A stretch of 27,865 bases of DNA from a virus. The stretch is taken from the IMG/VR virus record IMGVR_UViG_3300045988_046995, positions 1 through 27,865 of that record; one strand, written 5' to 3'. Below the pieces are notes generated by a model. It made no database searches. It saw only the letters and a list, made by a program, of their open reading frames with translations, and was not told the DNA's origin. The translations under genes were made by a program, and so were the position numbers. Positions 1 to 11,132 of the stretch are shown piece by piece (the stretch's first letter is position 1; each line of letters starts with the position of its first letter).

Positions 1-1
1 A

Positions 2-316
2 GTAGCTGAAACTTTTATATCTAATCCGAATAACTATCCTTGTATAAATCATAAGGATGAAAATAAATCAAATAATAATGTAAGTAATTTAGAATGGTGT
101 ACTTATAATTATAATAATAATTATGGAACTCATAATCTGCGAGCTGGATATAGTCATAAGAAACCAATACTGCAATTACTAAATGGAATAGTTATTAAAA
201 GATGGGATTCAGCAATAGATGCTGAGAGAGAACTAAATATACAATCTAGAAATATTGTAAAGGTTCTTAAAGGGCAGCGAAAAACAGCAGGAGGATATAT
301 GTGAACATATGAGTAA
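2..316 (+). CDS. HNH/NUMOD4-type homing endonuclease, 5'-truncated by the window edge (table 4)
   Basis: Reads VAETFISNPNNYPCINHKDENKSNNNVSNLEWC...GYM[TGA=W]TYE*. It is nearly identical at nucleotide level to 1063-1096 in the paralogue at 840-1406. The TGA at 302-304 falls in the typical C-terminal G-x-x-W-x-Y ending. Stop is TAA at 314-316. Confidence 0.8.
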
Positions 317-617
317 TAACGAAATTGTAGAAAAGTACTATCCATTTATTATGGAACTTAAGCAAAAATTTGGTGCAGATGATGACTGTGTTCAAATGAT
401 TTTTGTAGAAATACTAGAGTATTCAAATCCAAAATTAAATCAGCTTGATAGTAAAAATGAATTGAAATTTTGGATTACAAGATTATTTAAGAATTATTGG
501 TTTAGTAAAACAAGTAGATATTACTATACTTATAAGAAATATTATGAGATTGTTAAAGAACCACTTGAACAACAAAATGACGAATTGGAGGATTGATTAA
601 ATGAAACGGAAGATTAA
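309..617 (+). CDS. Sigma-70 region-2-like protein (ECF-like sigma2 domain only)
   Basis: DDDCVQMIFVEILEY...ELKFWITRLFKNYWFSKTSRYY resembles the region 2.1-2.4 pattern of group-4 sigma factors. No region 4 is present. The gene ends at TGA 594-596 under table 11 or at TAA 615-617 under table 4, so the 3' end is ambiguous. Confidence 0.5.
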
Positions 618-858
618 TATTGACGATTTACTTACTGAGTATGAAATAGACTATAGTATGTTTACAAATATGGATGATAGACTATTAAGTATATATCCAA
701 AATGACTTGAGCTTAATAAGGCAGATAAGACAGTAATCATATTATATGCTGAATATCACAGTTATAGAGAAGTGGGAAGAATATTAGGAATTAGTCATAC
801 TACCATAGCAAGGTGTATAAGTAATATTAGAAATAAAATATGTGGAAGGATATGTTAG
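601..858 (+). CDS. Sigma-70 region-4-like HTH protein (sigma4 domain only)
   Basis: DKTVIILYAEYHSYREVGRILGISHTTIARCISNIRNKI is a classic region 4.2 helix-turn-helix. It has its own ATG at 601, in a different frame from 309-617. There is one in-frame TGA at 703-705 (YPK[W]LEL). Stop is TAG at 856-858. Confidence 0.6.
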
Positions 859-1406
859 AAGAATGGAAACAATACAAGGATTTTCCTTTTGAAGTAAGTA
901 CTCTTGGTAGAGTTAGAACTATGCAAAGGGTAGTCAAATATAAGGATGGCAGAGAATATAATTACTCAAGTAAGATTATAAAACAATACATTACTAGAGA
1001 ATATAGTTATATTGTGATTTCACTGCATTCCAAAACATATAATTTTAGAGTGAATAGATTAGTAGCTGAAACGTTTATATCAAATCCAAATAATTTACCT
1101 CAAGTAAACCATATTGACGAAAATAAGTTAAACAATAGAGTTGAAAATCTGGAGTGGTGTACTGCTAAGTATAATTTAAATTATGGCACTCATACTAAGA
1201 AAGTTGTTGAAAAATTAACAAATGGCCCACTTGCTAAAAAAGTAGCTCAGTATGACTTAGATGGCAACCTAATTAAAGTATGAGATTCTATAAGAGAAAT
1301 AAAAAGATGCTTGGGATATGATAATGGAACCATTTCCAAGTTTTGTAGGAACAAAGTAAATTGGAAACATTGTTATGGGTTTATTTGGAAGTATTTTAAT
1401 AATTAA
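840..1406 (+). CDS. HNH/NUMOD4-type homing endonuclease (alternative start 852)
   Basis: Contains EEWKQYKDFPFEVSTLGRVRT (NUMOD4-like), [35 protein letters not shown] (HNH core) and a C-terminal IENR-like tail. The tail is read through TGA 1281-1283 (LIKV[W]DSIREI...GFIWKYFNN*). Stop is TAA. Confidence 0.85.
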
Positions 1407-1428
1407 TACTGTTATAGTTATATATACT

Positions 1429-1707
1429 ATGTCAGGAATTGATATTCCTATAAGGAAAAGATTATGAAATTACTTATATAGAGGATTACCATTTAATGAA
1501 GATTGAATGATTAAGCCTTGGGTGTGTAGTTGGTGTTTAGGCACCTGAATTGGTATAATTAGTTTATTTTGATTTGGGTTTAGTTTGCCGAACTTATTAT
1601 TAGTATTGCTAGTTGCATACTATAACGACTTAATTAAAGATATTATGATATTATTAAAAGATGCATCTACTAAGCTGATAGATGTTATATACAAACTTAT
1701 TAATTAA
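1429..1707 (+). CDS. Small membrane protein with a CxxC motif (table 4 only; alternative start 1507)
   Basis: Reads ...MIKPWVCSWCLGT[W]IGIISLF[W]FGFSLPNLLLVLLVAYY..., a hydrophobic helix. There are 4 in-frame TGAs (1465, 1504, 1546, 1570), so it is absent from the standard-code ORF track. Stop is TAA at 1705-1707. Confidence 0.4.
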
Positions 1708-1796
1708 AAATTATATTTTATGGAAACAGAAGTTATTTATCACTACAAGAATGGAAAGTTAATTTCTATATTTACTTATACTAAAAAGTGCTAATT

Positions 1797-2132
1797 ATGA
1801 AACAATTAACAGAAGAGCAGTTTAAATATTTAAGAGGATTTGAAGATAGATTTGTAACTGCAACTAAGTCTAATTATTGCAGAAATGTACAAAAGCAGGA
1901 TGTAATTAAGCTTAAAGAGATTTATGAATGTTTAATTGAACAAGAATATAGAATGAGCGTAGCTTGTGCTACTTGTATACTTAATCTTATAAAGAGGATT
2001 GCCCCAATCTATTTTGAATATCAAGAAAGACTAAAGGAAAATGAAAGTAAAGAATCAGGAACTGCCGAAGAAAACAGGGAGACCGAAAAAGGCAGAGGTA
2101 GAAAAGGAACAAATAGACGAAGTAAAGACTAA
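1797..2132 (+). CDS. Hypothetical protein upstream of TerS
   Basis: Open frame starting at ATG 1797 (the track start 1788 is GTG). The Cys-containing N-terminal part looks protein-like. The purine-rich C-terminus overlaps the TerS frame by 92 nt. Confidence 0.45.
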   Translation: MKQLTEEQFKYLRGFEDRFVTATKSNYCRNVQKQDVIKLKEIYECLIEQEYRMSVACATCILNLIKRIAPIYFEYQERLKENESKESGTAEENRETEKGRGRKGTNRRSKD

Positions 2133-2493
2133 ATATCTTTATGCTGCAAGGTTATTTAACAAAGGATGGTCAAGGAATAAAGTAAGTGAAGAACTTCAAA
2201 GTAAATATAATGTAAGCCAATCAACGGCTGCAAGATATATTGGAGAAGCTTATAAGATAATTGCTGAAAAGAATGATAACCTTATAAAAAATCTTAGACA
2301 TATACAATTATCAAGATTGGAATCATTACTGGATACTGCTATTAGTAAGGGAGATATTAGAGCTGCAAATGAGATTATTAAGACTATAAATAGTATGTTT
2401 GGATTAAATCAACCTGAGACTATTGTAGCTATTCAGAATAATGAAGTCCAGTTTAAATTTGGAGATCCAATTAACAATGACAAAAATATATAA
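2041..2493 (+). CDS. Terminase small subunit (putative)
   Basis: Has a basic GRPKK N-terminus, an HTH-like segment (WSRNKVSEELQSKYNVSQSTAARYIGEAY) and a helical oligomerisation-like tail. It lies immediately upstream of TerL and overlaps it. No TGA. Confidence 0.6.
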   Translation: MKVKNQELPKKTGRPKKAEVEKEQIDEVKTKYLYAARLFNKGWSRNKVSEELQSKYNVSQSTAARYIGEAYKIIAEKNDNLIKNLRHIQLSRLESLLDTAISKGDIRAANEIIKTINSMFGLNQPETIVAIQNNEVQFKFGDPINNDKNI

Positions 2494-3724
2494 AGGATAT
2501 AGCCCATTTATCTATCAATTAAAGGTACATACTGCTTTAGAGCACTCTTATAGGTCTGGAAAAATATTTACTGTAAAAGCAAAGAGACAATGTGGTAAAT
2601 CCTTTATGGCAGAAAATGAACTATTACGATTTTCAATTAACTATCCTGGAAGTATTAGCTGTATTGTTGAACCAACTCTTACTAACTCCAGAAAGATATT
2701 TAAAGAGTTAGTAAAGGCATTAGATGGCACAGATATTATTAAGAAAAAGAATGAATCTTTGCTTGAGATTGAATTTACTAATGGGAGTGAAATACTATTT
2801 AAATCTGCTGAGCAAAAAGATTCATTACGAGGATTTACAGTTAGTGGAATATTAGTAATTGACGAAGCTGCTTATATATCAGATGAAGTATACGAAATTT
2901 TAACACCTATCGCTGATGTATGGAATGCTCCAATACTTATAATTAGTACTCCAAGGTTTAGAGAAGGATTCTTTTATGAATGCTTTAAAAAGGGCTTTGA
3001 TGGTAATTTTAGTAAATATTATCAATCCTTTGATTGAGCATTAGAAGATACTTCTATGCTGTTAAGTGAGGATAAACTTGAAATGTATCGCCTTACAACC
3101 TCCAAAAATAAATTTAGAACTGAATATCTTGGAGAGTTTGCAGATGATGATGGTTGCCTATTTAATAATATAGCTAACTGTATAATTGATAAAAAACCTG
3201 AATATCATAATCTCTATATTGGAGTTGACTGGGCTACTGGTTCTGGTAAAGACTATACTTGTATTACAGCTTTAAATGAAAATGGGCAGATGGTCTTTAT
3301 AAAGTATTTTAACGACAAAACTCCAACAGAACAAGTTGATTTACTGACAAATATATTCACTGAGTATCAGGGATTTATAAAGATAGTTCAAGTTGAACAA
3401 AACTCAATAGGTTCAGTGTTTTATGATATTCTTGTAAAAAGGAATCCTAAATTACGGATAGTTAAGTTTTTAACTACTAATAAGTCTAAGGCAGCTATTG
3501 TAAATAAGCTACAAGCTGCATTAGAAAACGAAAAGATTGGTATTTTAAAGGATGATAAACTATTAAATGAATTAAGACTATATGAAGCCAGTTATAATCC
3601 AAAGACTGGAAATGTTAGTTATAATGCTCCATCTGGATTTAATGATGATACTTGTATATCTTTAATGTTAGCTTATGATGCTTTAAATACAAATAAAGGA
3701 ACTTATAATATTGCAATTAAATAA
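2477..3724 (+). CDS. terL: Terminase large subunit
   Basis: Walker A-like KAKRQCGKS, Walker B ILVIDEAAY, and nuclease-domain motifs GVDWATGSGKDY and FNDDTCISLMLAY. Track fragments 2441-3037 and 3056-3724 are in the same frame and are joined through a single TGA at 3035-3037 (YQSFD[W]ALED). Confidence 0.9.
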
Positions 3725-4508
3725 TGATAAAGAATTGGAATGAAATGGATTTATCTCATTATAAAAGACTGTTTGAGATAATACGAAAAGACTGGGAAAA
3801 TGAATTAGATATGAATTTAGCTATGGTATCTGTACTTAGTGATATACCTATGGAAGATATAACTAATATGGAAGTAAACAAGCTGCAAGAATTTATAAAT
3901 AATCTTAAATTTATAGAGACTCCATATAAGCCAAAAACCCCAGAAACTACTTATAATATTGGAAATAAAGAATATAAAGTCTTTTTTAATGTTAATAAGA
4001 TGACGGCCAGTCAATATATTGACTTTCAGAATTTTTATAAGCAGTATGATGATTTTATGCCTAATCTAGCAGCTTGTTTCTTACTACCTAATGGAAAGAA
4101 GTATGGAGAAGATTATGACCCTATTGATGAGGCAGAATTCTTAAATACTCATCTAACAATAGATATATTTTCAGACATAATGTTTTTTTTTGTAAACTTA
4201 TTGCAAGTATCAACGCTGAGTACCCTACACTCTTCGGAAAGGGAGATGAAGAAGAGACTAAGGAAAACCAAGGACAAACTGGAAAGGAGGAAACTTCTGA
4301 AGAGCTTAATACAGACGAGACGATTAATCCTTTTACTCAAAAATGAAGCTGAATTATCTGAATAGATAAGGTAAGTGAAGTTACCAGATTTAATTGGCAT
4401 CAGATATATGATATGCAGATTAAAGAGTTCCTGAATCTTATATGCTATGTTATAGATAAAGCTAATGAAGAAAATAGACAGATTGAAGAATGAAAAAGAA
4501 AACATTAA
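3724..4508 (+). CDS. Two-frame gene needing a -1 shift at the T9 run (4183-4191); function unknown, possibly a G/GT-type tail assembly chaperone
   Basis: Frame 0 (3724-4191) looks protein-like up to ...DIFSDIMFFF. After that it becomes a K/R/L-rich tail ending at TAG 4365. The -1 frame from 4191 reads CKLIASINAEYPTLFGKGDEEE...NPFTQK[W]S[W]II[W]IDKVSEVTRFNWHQIYDMQIKEFLNLICYVIDKANEENRQIEE[W]KRKH* and has no start codon of its own. Confidence 0.5.
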
Positions 4509-4509
4509 C

Positions 4510-4559
4510 TGTAACTTTTTTACTCATATTTGGTACTAAGATAATATAAAAAAGTTACA
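4510..4559. repeat. 50-nt imperfect palindrome, copy A (tgtaactttttta...taaaaaagttaca)
   Basis: The 13-bp terminal arms are perfectly complementary, and GTAC sits at the centre. It begins 1 nt after the stop at 4508. It belongs to the same family as 13911-13960 and 22857-22906. Confidence 0.75.
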
Positions 4560-4563
4560 TATA

Positions 4564-4590
4564 AAATAGGGAGTAAACCTCCCTATTTTC
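4564..4590 (+). terminator. Rho-independent terminator-like hairpin
   Basis: aaatagggag / ctccctattt forms a 10-bp stem with a 5-nt loop and a T-rich 3' side. It lies at the end of the terminase module. Confidence 0.6.
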
Positions 4591-4629
4591 ATTAGCTACT
4601 AATATATAAAATAATATATTTTAACAAAA

Positions 4630-5118
4630 ATGAATATTCAAGAATTAAAGTTCTCAAATTTAAGTGAGCTATTAAGGAAGTGAGGAGATCTTATAATTTC
4701 TCTTTATAGACAGGAATTAGTTAAAACCAGATCTGATGACACTGGAGCATTAGGTAATAGTTTAAACTATATAGTTGAGACTCAGGATGGAGACTATGAG
4801 GTTAATTTTAGCTTATTAGATTATTGAGAATATGTTGAAGAAGGCAGAGCTGCTGGTAAATTTCCTCCATTATCTGATATAAAGAGTTGGATTAAAACTA
4901 AGCCAGTAATTCCAAGACCTTATAATGGCAAGTTACCTACTGTAGATCAACTTGCATATTTAATTGGAAGAAAGATACATCTTCAAGGAACTCAAGGAAA
5001 ACATCCACTTGCTAATACTCTAGAATATATAGAGAACAACTATATGGAACTTCTTGATGATGCTATAACTAAAGACTTACAAGGACAAGTAGATTATTAT
5101 TTATTTAAAGACTTTTAA
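4630..5118 (+). CDS. HK97 gp10-like tail-completion/neck protein (putative)
   Basis: DTGALGNSLNYIVE...LLDY[W]EYVEEGRAAGKFPP resembles the TGxLxxSI...YAxYVExG pattern of gp10-family proteins. In-frame TGAs at 4681-4683 and 4825-4827 hide it from the ORF track. Stop is TAA at 5116-5118. Confidence 0.55.
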
Positions 5119-5120
5119 AA

Positions 5121-7301
5121 ATGACATTTATACCAAGTAAATTAGGAATACCAAGAAGTACAGGAACATATCCTGTTAAATGGGAAAATCCAGGATGAGG
5201 TCTTACAGGAGTATATGATTATTGGCTATGAGGAGATGACTATTCAGAAGAGGGTCCATTAGATGTTACTATTTCTAATGCAAGTACAAGTGGTTGTACT
5301 ATTAACTTTACAAATCCCTCAACTATTACAACAGACTCTTCTACAATATTTAGATTATACCCAAAAGGACTGACTACTGCTCAATTAGAAGATACTATGC
5401 CAGTTTATCTTCATAGTCAAGCTCCTGGATATTATCCTGCAAATAGCAGTATAACAGTACCCAATACTGGAGGTACTTATACTGTTGAATATATATTAAG
5501 TAGAGCAGATATTATTAAATGAACTTGTGATGTAGTAAATGCTACTGCTTTAGTGAGTGTTGAGGTATTAGAATGGGATTCTTGCTCTATTAAGTTTAAA
5601 TTCACAGTAAGAGCTAATACTCAATGGAATACAGATTTAACTGGAACTATCCAATTAGGAGCTTATTATGACACTAATAAATTTATTAGTTATAGTTATG
5701 GCTTTAAAATTGAAAAAAGTAATACTCCAGAAGATTTAAAGCTAGTAGTAACTCCTTCATCTGGAACTTATGGAGCATCTGCTTTTGTTACTGAAGAATT
5801 CCATTTAAGTACAACTAAAGCAGAAGAAACAATTACCTCATTTAATGTTACCTGCCCTCAAGCTAGTAATATTAAAAAGGATATTGTTGATAACTATTTT
5901 GTATTAACTGTTCCAGAGAATAAAACTACTAATAATTTAGAGTTTAGTGCAATGGTTACTGCAACAACTTCTGGAGGTTATACTCTTGAAGCTACAGTTC
6001 CAATTAAACAAGCTGCAACATCTTTAATGATTCCTAATACTAATTATGAAGTAAGTTGAACTGCATCTACATTAAATATAATTGGTACAGGCTCAAATAA
6101 CTTAGATGATGTTGTATTTAGTATTCCTGTAGGTTGGATTAGTGGTCAGAAGTTCTCTGTGAATCCTCAAGGTGTAGCAACTATTAGTTTGAACATTGCA
6201 GAAAATTCAGGTTTATCTTCTAGACAAGCAACTATTGGAGTATCTGTTATAAAGAATAGTTCAAGTATTATTAATTTATCTATTAATATTACACAATCTG
6301 TTAAATCTGATATATCTCCTATTTGGAAAGATTATGTTTGGAATGAGATAATCAGTTCAGATTTTATTGAATATCATCTAGATTATGCAGGAGATATGGT
6401 TTATGCTGGCAAGGCTTATAAATATCCTGAAACAGATAGAGTAGAGTTTCTATTAAATAATGTAGCTGAAAATTATCTATCTAATGGAATTATATTTAAT
6501 ACTTCTAAAACTATAATATCTCCAGAATATTTGAAACCATTTACTTTGATAACATCTAGTGGAAATGAAAAACCAATTACTTTCTTCAATGACTGGAGTT
6601 ATAAAGATAGAGATCTAACTAAAGGCACTATGTTAAGTGATCCTATTACTGGTTTAGTTGATCCAAGGCAGTATTTAGTATCAAGTTGAATTCTACCAAC
6701 TGGAACTGGAGTTATTAATAGATTCTTTTATATAGATGGAGTACAATCTGCTATGGATATTAGTTTAAATTCTGGAATTAATGGATATACATATACAGAA
6801 GATTTAAGTAATAAATTATGGCCTTGTGGAAGCTATTTAATAGTAGGATTTGTAGAAGGTGGAAATATTAGTGATAGACAGATTAGATATGATATAGATA
6901 CTACAGGTAAAGATTATGTATTATATTATACTAATTCAGCAGGTGGATGGGATTCATTACTTGTTGAGGGTAATGTTAAAAAGAATGATGAGATTAAATC
7001 TGAAACATATACTCGTAAGGTATTAAATACATCACAAGAGTTTGCAAGAAATAAGTATTTGAATACTATAACTTCAAGCTGGGTTCTTTATACTGGTTAT
7101 TTAAATGATATTCAAGCTTCTAAGATGTTTAATCTAATTGAGAGTACTAAAGTATATTTGCATAATCTTAAAGATAATACTATCACTCCAGTATTGATTA
7201 CTGATACAAATTGCGAATATAAAACTTATACTAATCAAGGTAAAAACAAGTTCTATTATACAATTAATGTAGAAGCTTCTCAAGATACTTATCGTAAATA
7301 A
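5121..7301 (+). CDS. 726-aa virion (tail) structural protein with Ig/BACON-like N-terminal repeats
   Basis: I translated 5121-5552 by hand and found it open. It is in frame with track ORFs 5553-6059, 6159-6689 and 6753-7301. In-frame TGAs lie at 5196, 5229, 5520, 6057 and 6687. Segments such as ISLNIAENSGLSSRQATIGVSV look BACON/Ig-like. Confidence 0.7.
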
Positions 7302-7303
7302 TT

Positions 7304-7783
7304 ATGGAAGTATATAAAGACATTAAAGGATATGAGGGACTTTACCAGATAAGTAATACTGGTAAAGTCTTCTCTATAAAAAACAATAAAGAACTGAAGA
7401 GTGGATATACTCCAGCTGGATATACAAAAGTTCAATTGTGAAAGAATAAGTCTGGCAAGTGATTCAATATTCATAGATTAGTTGCAGAAGCGTTTATTCC
7501 AAACGTAGAAAACTTACCACAAGTAAATCATATAAATGAGATAAAGGAGGATAATAGGGTTGATAATTTAGAATGATGTACAGCTCAATATAATGTTACT
7601 TATGGAAATAGATTAAATAATAATAAAAAACCTGTAATACAGGAAAGCTTAGATGGCACTTTTATAAAGAGATGAAATTCAATTGCTGATACTAAAAAAT
7701 ATGGGTTTGTTCCCCAAAATATAGGACAGTGTTGTATTGGTAATATTTCACAACATAAAGGATATATTTGAAAATATGCGTAA
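7304..7783 (+). CDS. HNH/NUMOD4-type homing endonuclease
   Basis: Contains [53 protein letters not shown][W]C and a C-terminal GYI[W]KYA*. All five Trp codons are TGA and none is TGG. It is free-standing between two tail genes. Confidence 0.85.
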
Positions 7784-10700
7784 AAATATTAAATTATTTA
7801 TTGCAGGAAAAGAAGTACATTGTTCTGAAGGCATATCATTACCAATGACTTATACTGTAGAAGATTTTCAGAATCCAACAATAGTAAAAAATTCATTCAG
7901 TAAGACTATAAGCATTCCAGGAGACAAAAATAATAATAAGATTTTTGGAGAGATTTATAAGTTAGATAGATTTCTCCATATAAAAGAAGGTAATTTCTCT
8001 GGAGTATATTTTGATCCTTCAAAACGAGTTGATTTTGGAATTTATAATAATGGCTATTTAGTTGAATCTGGATATATGCAATTAAATAGCATATCTATAA
8101 AACAAGCTGTCATTACTTATAATATTACTTTATATGGAGGATTAGGAGATTTCTTCTATGGACTTAAATATAAAGAAGATGGTACTATTAGGACTCTTGC
8201 TGATTTACAATACTTTGTAACTGATGAAGATGGAAATACACTTCCTGCTGATACTGAACTTAATTTTTATATTAACAAAGATTTTGTAAATACTTGTTTT
8301 GACTGAAGTAAAACGAATGAAGGAAGTCAAATATATGATTATTTGACATTTATTCCAGCATATAATGGTTTATATGAAGATTTTGATAATGAAAGTTGTT
8401 TAATAAATACTAATGAAAATAGTATATTTCCTACTAGTAAGACAGATTCAGGAGTTACATATACACCTTATAATGGATATGGATTAGCTAAATTAAATAG
8501 AGCATATACAGAATGGGAGATGAGAGATCTTAGAAGTTATATGCAGAGGCCAGCTTTAAAATTGAGTAAGTTAATTGAAACTATCTGTAGAAAAGAGAAT
8601 TCTGGATATGATGTAGTATTTGATCCTTCATTTTTTAATTGAAATAATCCGTATTGAAGTAAATCCTTTGTAGCTTTACCTTTATTATCTAATCTAGTAA
8701 GTGACGAAGAAGATGTAACAGAATCTGGCTTTTTAGTAGAAGATAGTAAATATAATTATCAGGTAGGTATAAATAAAGGAGAATCTACATCAAGTCCTTT
8801 AAAATTATCCATTGCATCACCTGATATTGTTTACGATTCTGGAATAATTGATTTAAGTGAGGCTGGATTTAGAAAAAGCCTTTCTACAACTTTTTATTTT
8901 AAGTTAAAGTTTAATCGAACTGCAGGAAATGTTGGGGATAGATATTTTTTTGGATTTAGAAGGTATTTTAGCTCCTCTGCTCCTCCTTTTTATTCAGCAT
9001 ATAGAGGATACGCTGATGTTTGGCTAACAATTACTAATGAAGTAGATGATACTATTTATACTTCTGAAATACATAGATTTACAAATTCAGGAACCTACTC
9101 ACATCCTATAGCTAATGGGGTTAATCATTTTGGGTATTTTCAAAATAATGTATTTTATGATACTTCTTCATTAACTAATGATTTTGTTATTAATATTACA
9201 AATTTTAAAATTCCAATTAATAAAATTAAAATTAAACTTAATGTTGTATGATCTACTGGAAATAGTGTTAGCCCTACTGGATTATTAAGTGAAGTAATAG
9301 AAAGAGGAGAGGATTACCAAGCTATTCCAAAAGGAGATCTTATAGTAGATCTTACTTCTCCCATTGAAATTACTACTTCTACAGAGGTACTTCAAAGTAA
9401 TGCATTATTAACTAAAAAATTATTATTAAAAACAGAACAATCTCCTGCTGATTACTTATTGAGTTATGCAAAACTATTTGGGTTATATTTTACAAAAGAT
9501 ATTGATAGTAAAACAATTAGAATATATACTAGAAATAATTTCTTTAAGAATATAATCTCTGATTGGAGTAAGAGAATAGATTATTCTAAAGATTTCAATG
9601 TAAATCCAATATTATTTGATAAGAAGTGATATAGAATGAGTTCTGAAGGTCCAGAAACTTATTTTTATAAAAAATACAATAAGGAATATTCTATATTATA
9701 TGGTCAACAAAGATTAAATACTGGTTATAATTTTAATTCTGAAACAACTGAACTGTATAGTGATAATATATATGAAAATATAGTTTCTGCAAGATGGAGA
9801 AATAAATATTTTAGAAATTTTTACAATTCTTCTTCCCTTGTAGTTCCTGCATTTATGAATGATAATATTACCTATACATTATTTAATAATAGCACTACTG
9901 AACTTAAGACTATAGATCAAGAGTTATACGGAGCTAATTTTATAGATCCCTCTAAAACCACAGAATGATATAAAATCGCAGGTAATGATATATTTGCCAA
10001 AAATGTATTTTTCTCAATTGATGGTAATGAGGAATCTTTAGAGGATATCTCTCAATCCCTAGTATTCTTTAACGGTAATGTTCCTTTAACTGATGTAAAA
10101 GGAAATGAAGTAACATATTGAATTACAGATGATCTTACAGAAATGAACATATTAAATGATCAGGAAATGTGTTATATATCTACTAAAAGTGAGAAAGATA
10201 TTAGTGGGAATAAAATTGCTATAAAGAGAACTGTATTACCTCAATTTACAAGGTATACCGTTTCGTCCTCTAATGTTACTGCTTCTTGAGATTTTGGATT
10301 ACCACAAGAGATTTATATTGATGATATAACTTATAATATCGGAAGTACTATTTATAGTAGATTCTGGAGTGAATTTTATAATGATCAATTTGATGTAAAT
10401 ACTAAAAAAGTTACCTGCTTTGTAAGATTGGATAATTTAGATGTTAAATATGATTTACTTAGACAGTTCTATTATTTTGAAGATTCTTACTGGGTACTTA
10501 ATAAGATTGATGCTTATGATATTAATTCAGATTCTACAGTTAGATGTGAATTTATTAAAGTTCAAGATATTAATAGTTATTTAGCTGGAGTTCAAAATCT
10601 AGATGAATATATATCATTTGATGATTCAGATCCAGTTGTAGATTATAAAGCTGGGACTAAAAAGATTACAGTTACTTCTAATATTCCTTGAGAATTAGGA

Positions 10701-11132
10701 TGATATAGTCCAAATGAAATTGTAAGCATTACACCTGAATCTGGGCAACCTGGAGAAACAGAATTAACAGTTACTTATAATGAGAATACTAAATATGACC
10801 AAAGAAGTTTCTACTTTAGTCTTTATAAACAAGGAAGTATAAATGGCCCTCAATGTATGTTTACTCAAACTCCAGACCCAAATAAAGCTATTCTTATTAC
10901 AGGAAAGCTTCAAACTTCTACTGGAGGTATTCCTTCTGGCGTTAATCAGATTCTAACTGAAAATGATAATTTCTTAAATGTCACTTATATGAGAGATGAT
11001 GGAAGTTATAGAATATATGCTCAAAATGGAGTTCAATTTTTATTTAGAGTATCTGACGGACCAACAGGAACAATTAAATATACAGAGAATTTAACACTAA
11101 CAGAAGATACTGTTAAAAATATTACAATCTAA
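7776..11132 (+). CDS. 1118-aa tail/baseplate protein (Tal-like or tail-associated; function uncertain)
   Basis: Track ORFs 7737, 8343, 9636, 10428 and 10857 share one frame. I translated 8643-9635 and 9969-10427 by hand and both are open apart from TGAs. The C-terminus has a BACON-like segment (ITPESGQPGETELTVTYNENTKYDQRSFYF). Stop TAA overlaps the next ATG (TAATG). Confidence 0.7.

Noticed and set aside
1720-1794. 24-codon ORF METEVIYHYKNGKLISIFTYTKKC*
   Set aside because: It is too short and featureless to call. It may be real, since it fills the gap before 1797, but the sequence alone gives no support.
3035-3058. Intron or intein splitting TerL and the other fragmented genes
   Set aside because: The fragments are contiguous in one frame with only a single TGA between the coding parts. 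The apparent gaps in the track arise from its requirement for a start codon. No intervening sequence exists that would need removing.
4192-4365. Frame-0 C-terminal tail of ORF 3724-4365 as the genuine protein end
   Set aside because: The K/R/L-rich low-complexity sequence is what an out-of-frame reading of the acidic GDEEETKENQGQTGKEETSEE segment would produce. The -1 frame is far more protein-like and lacks its own start codon.
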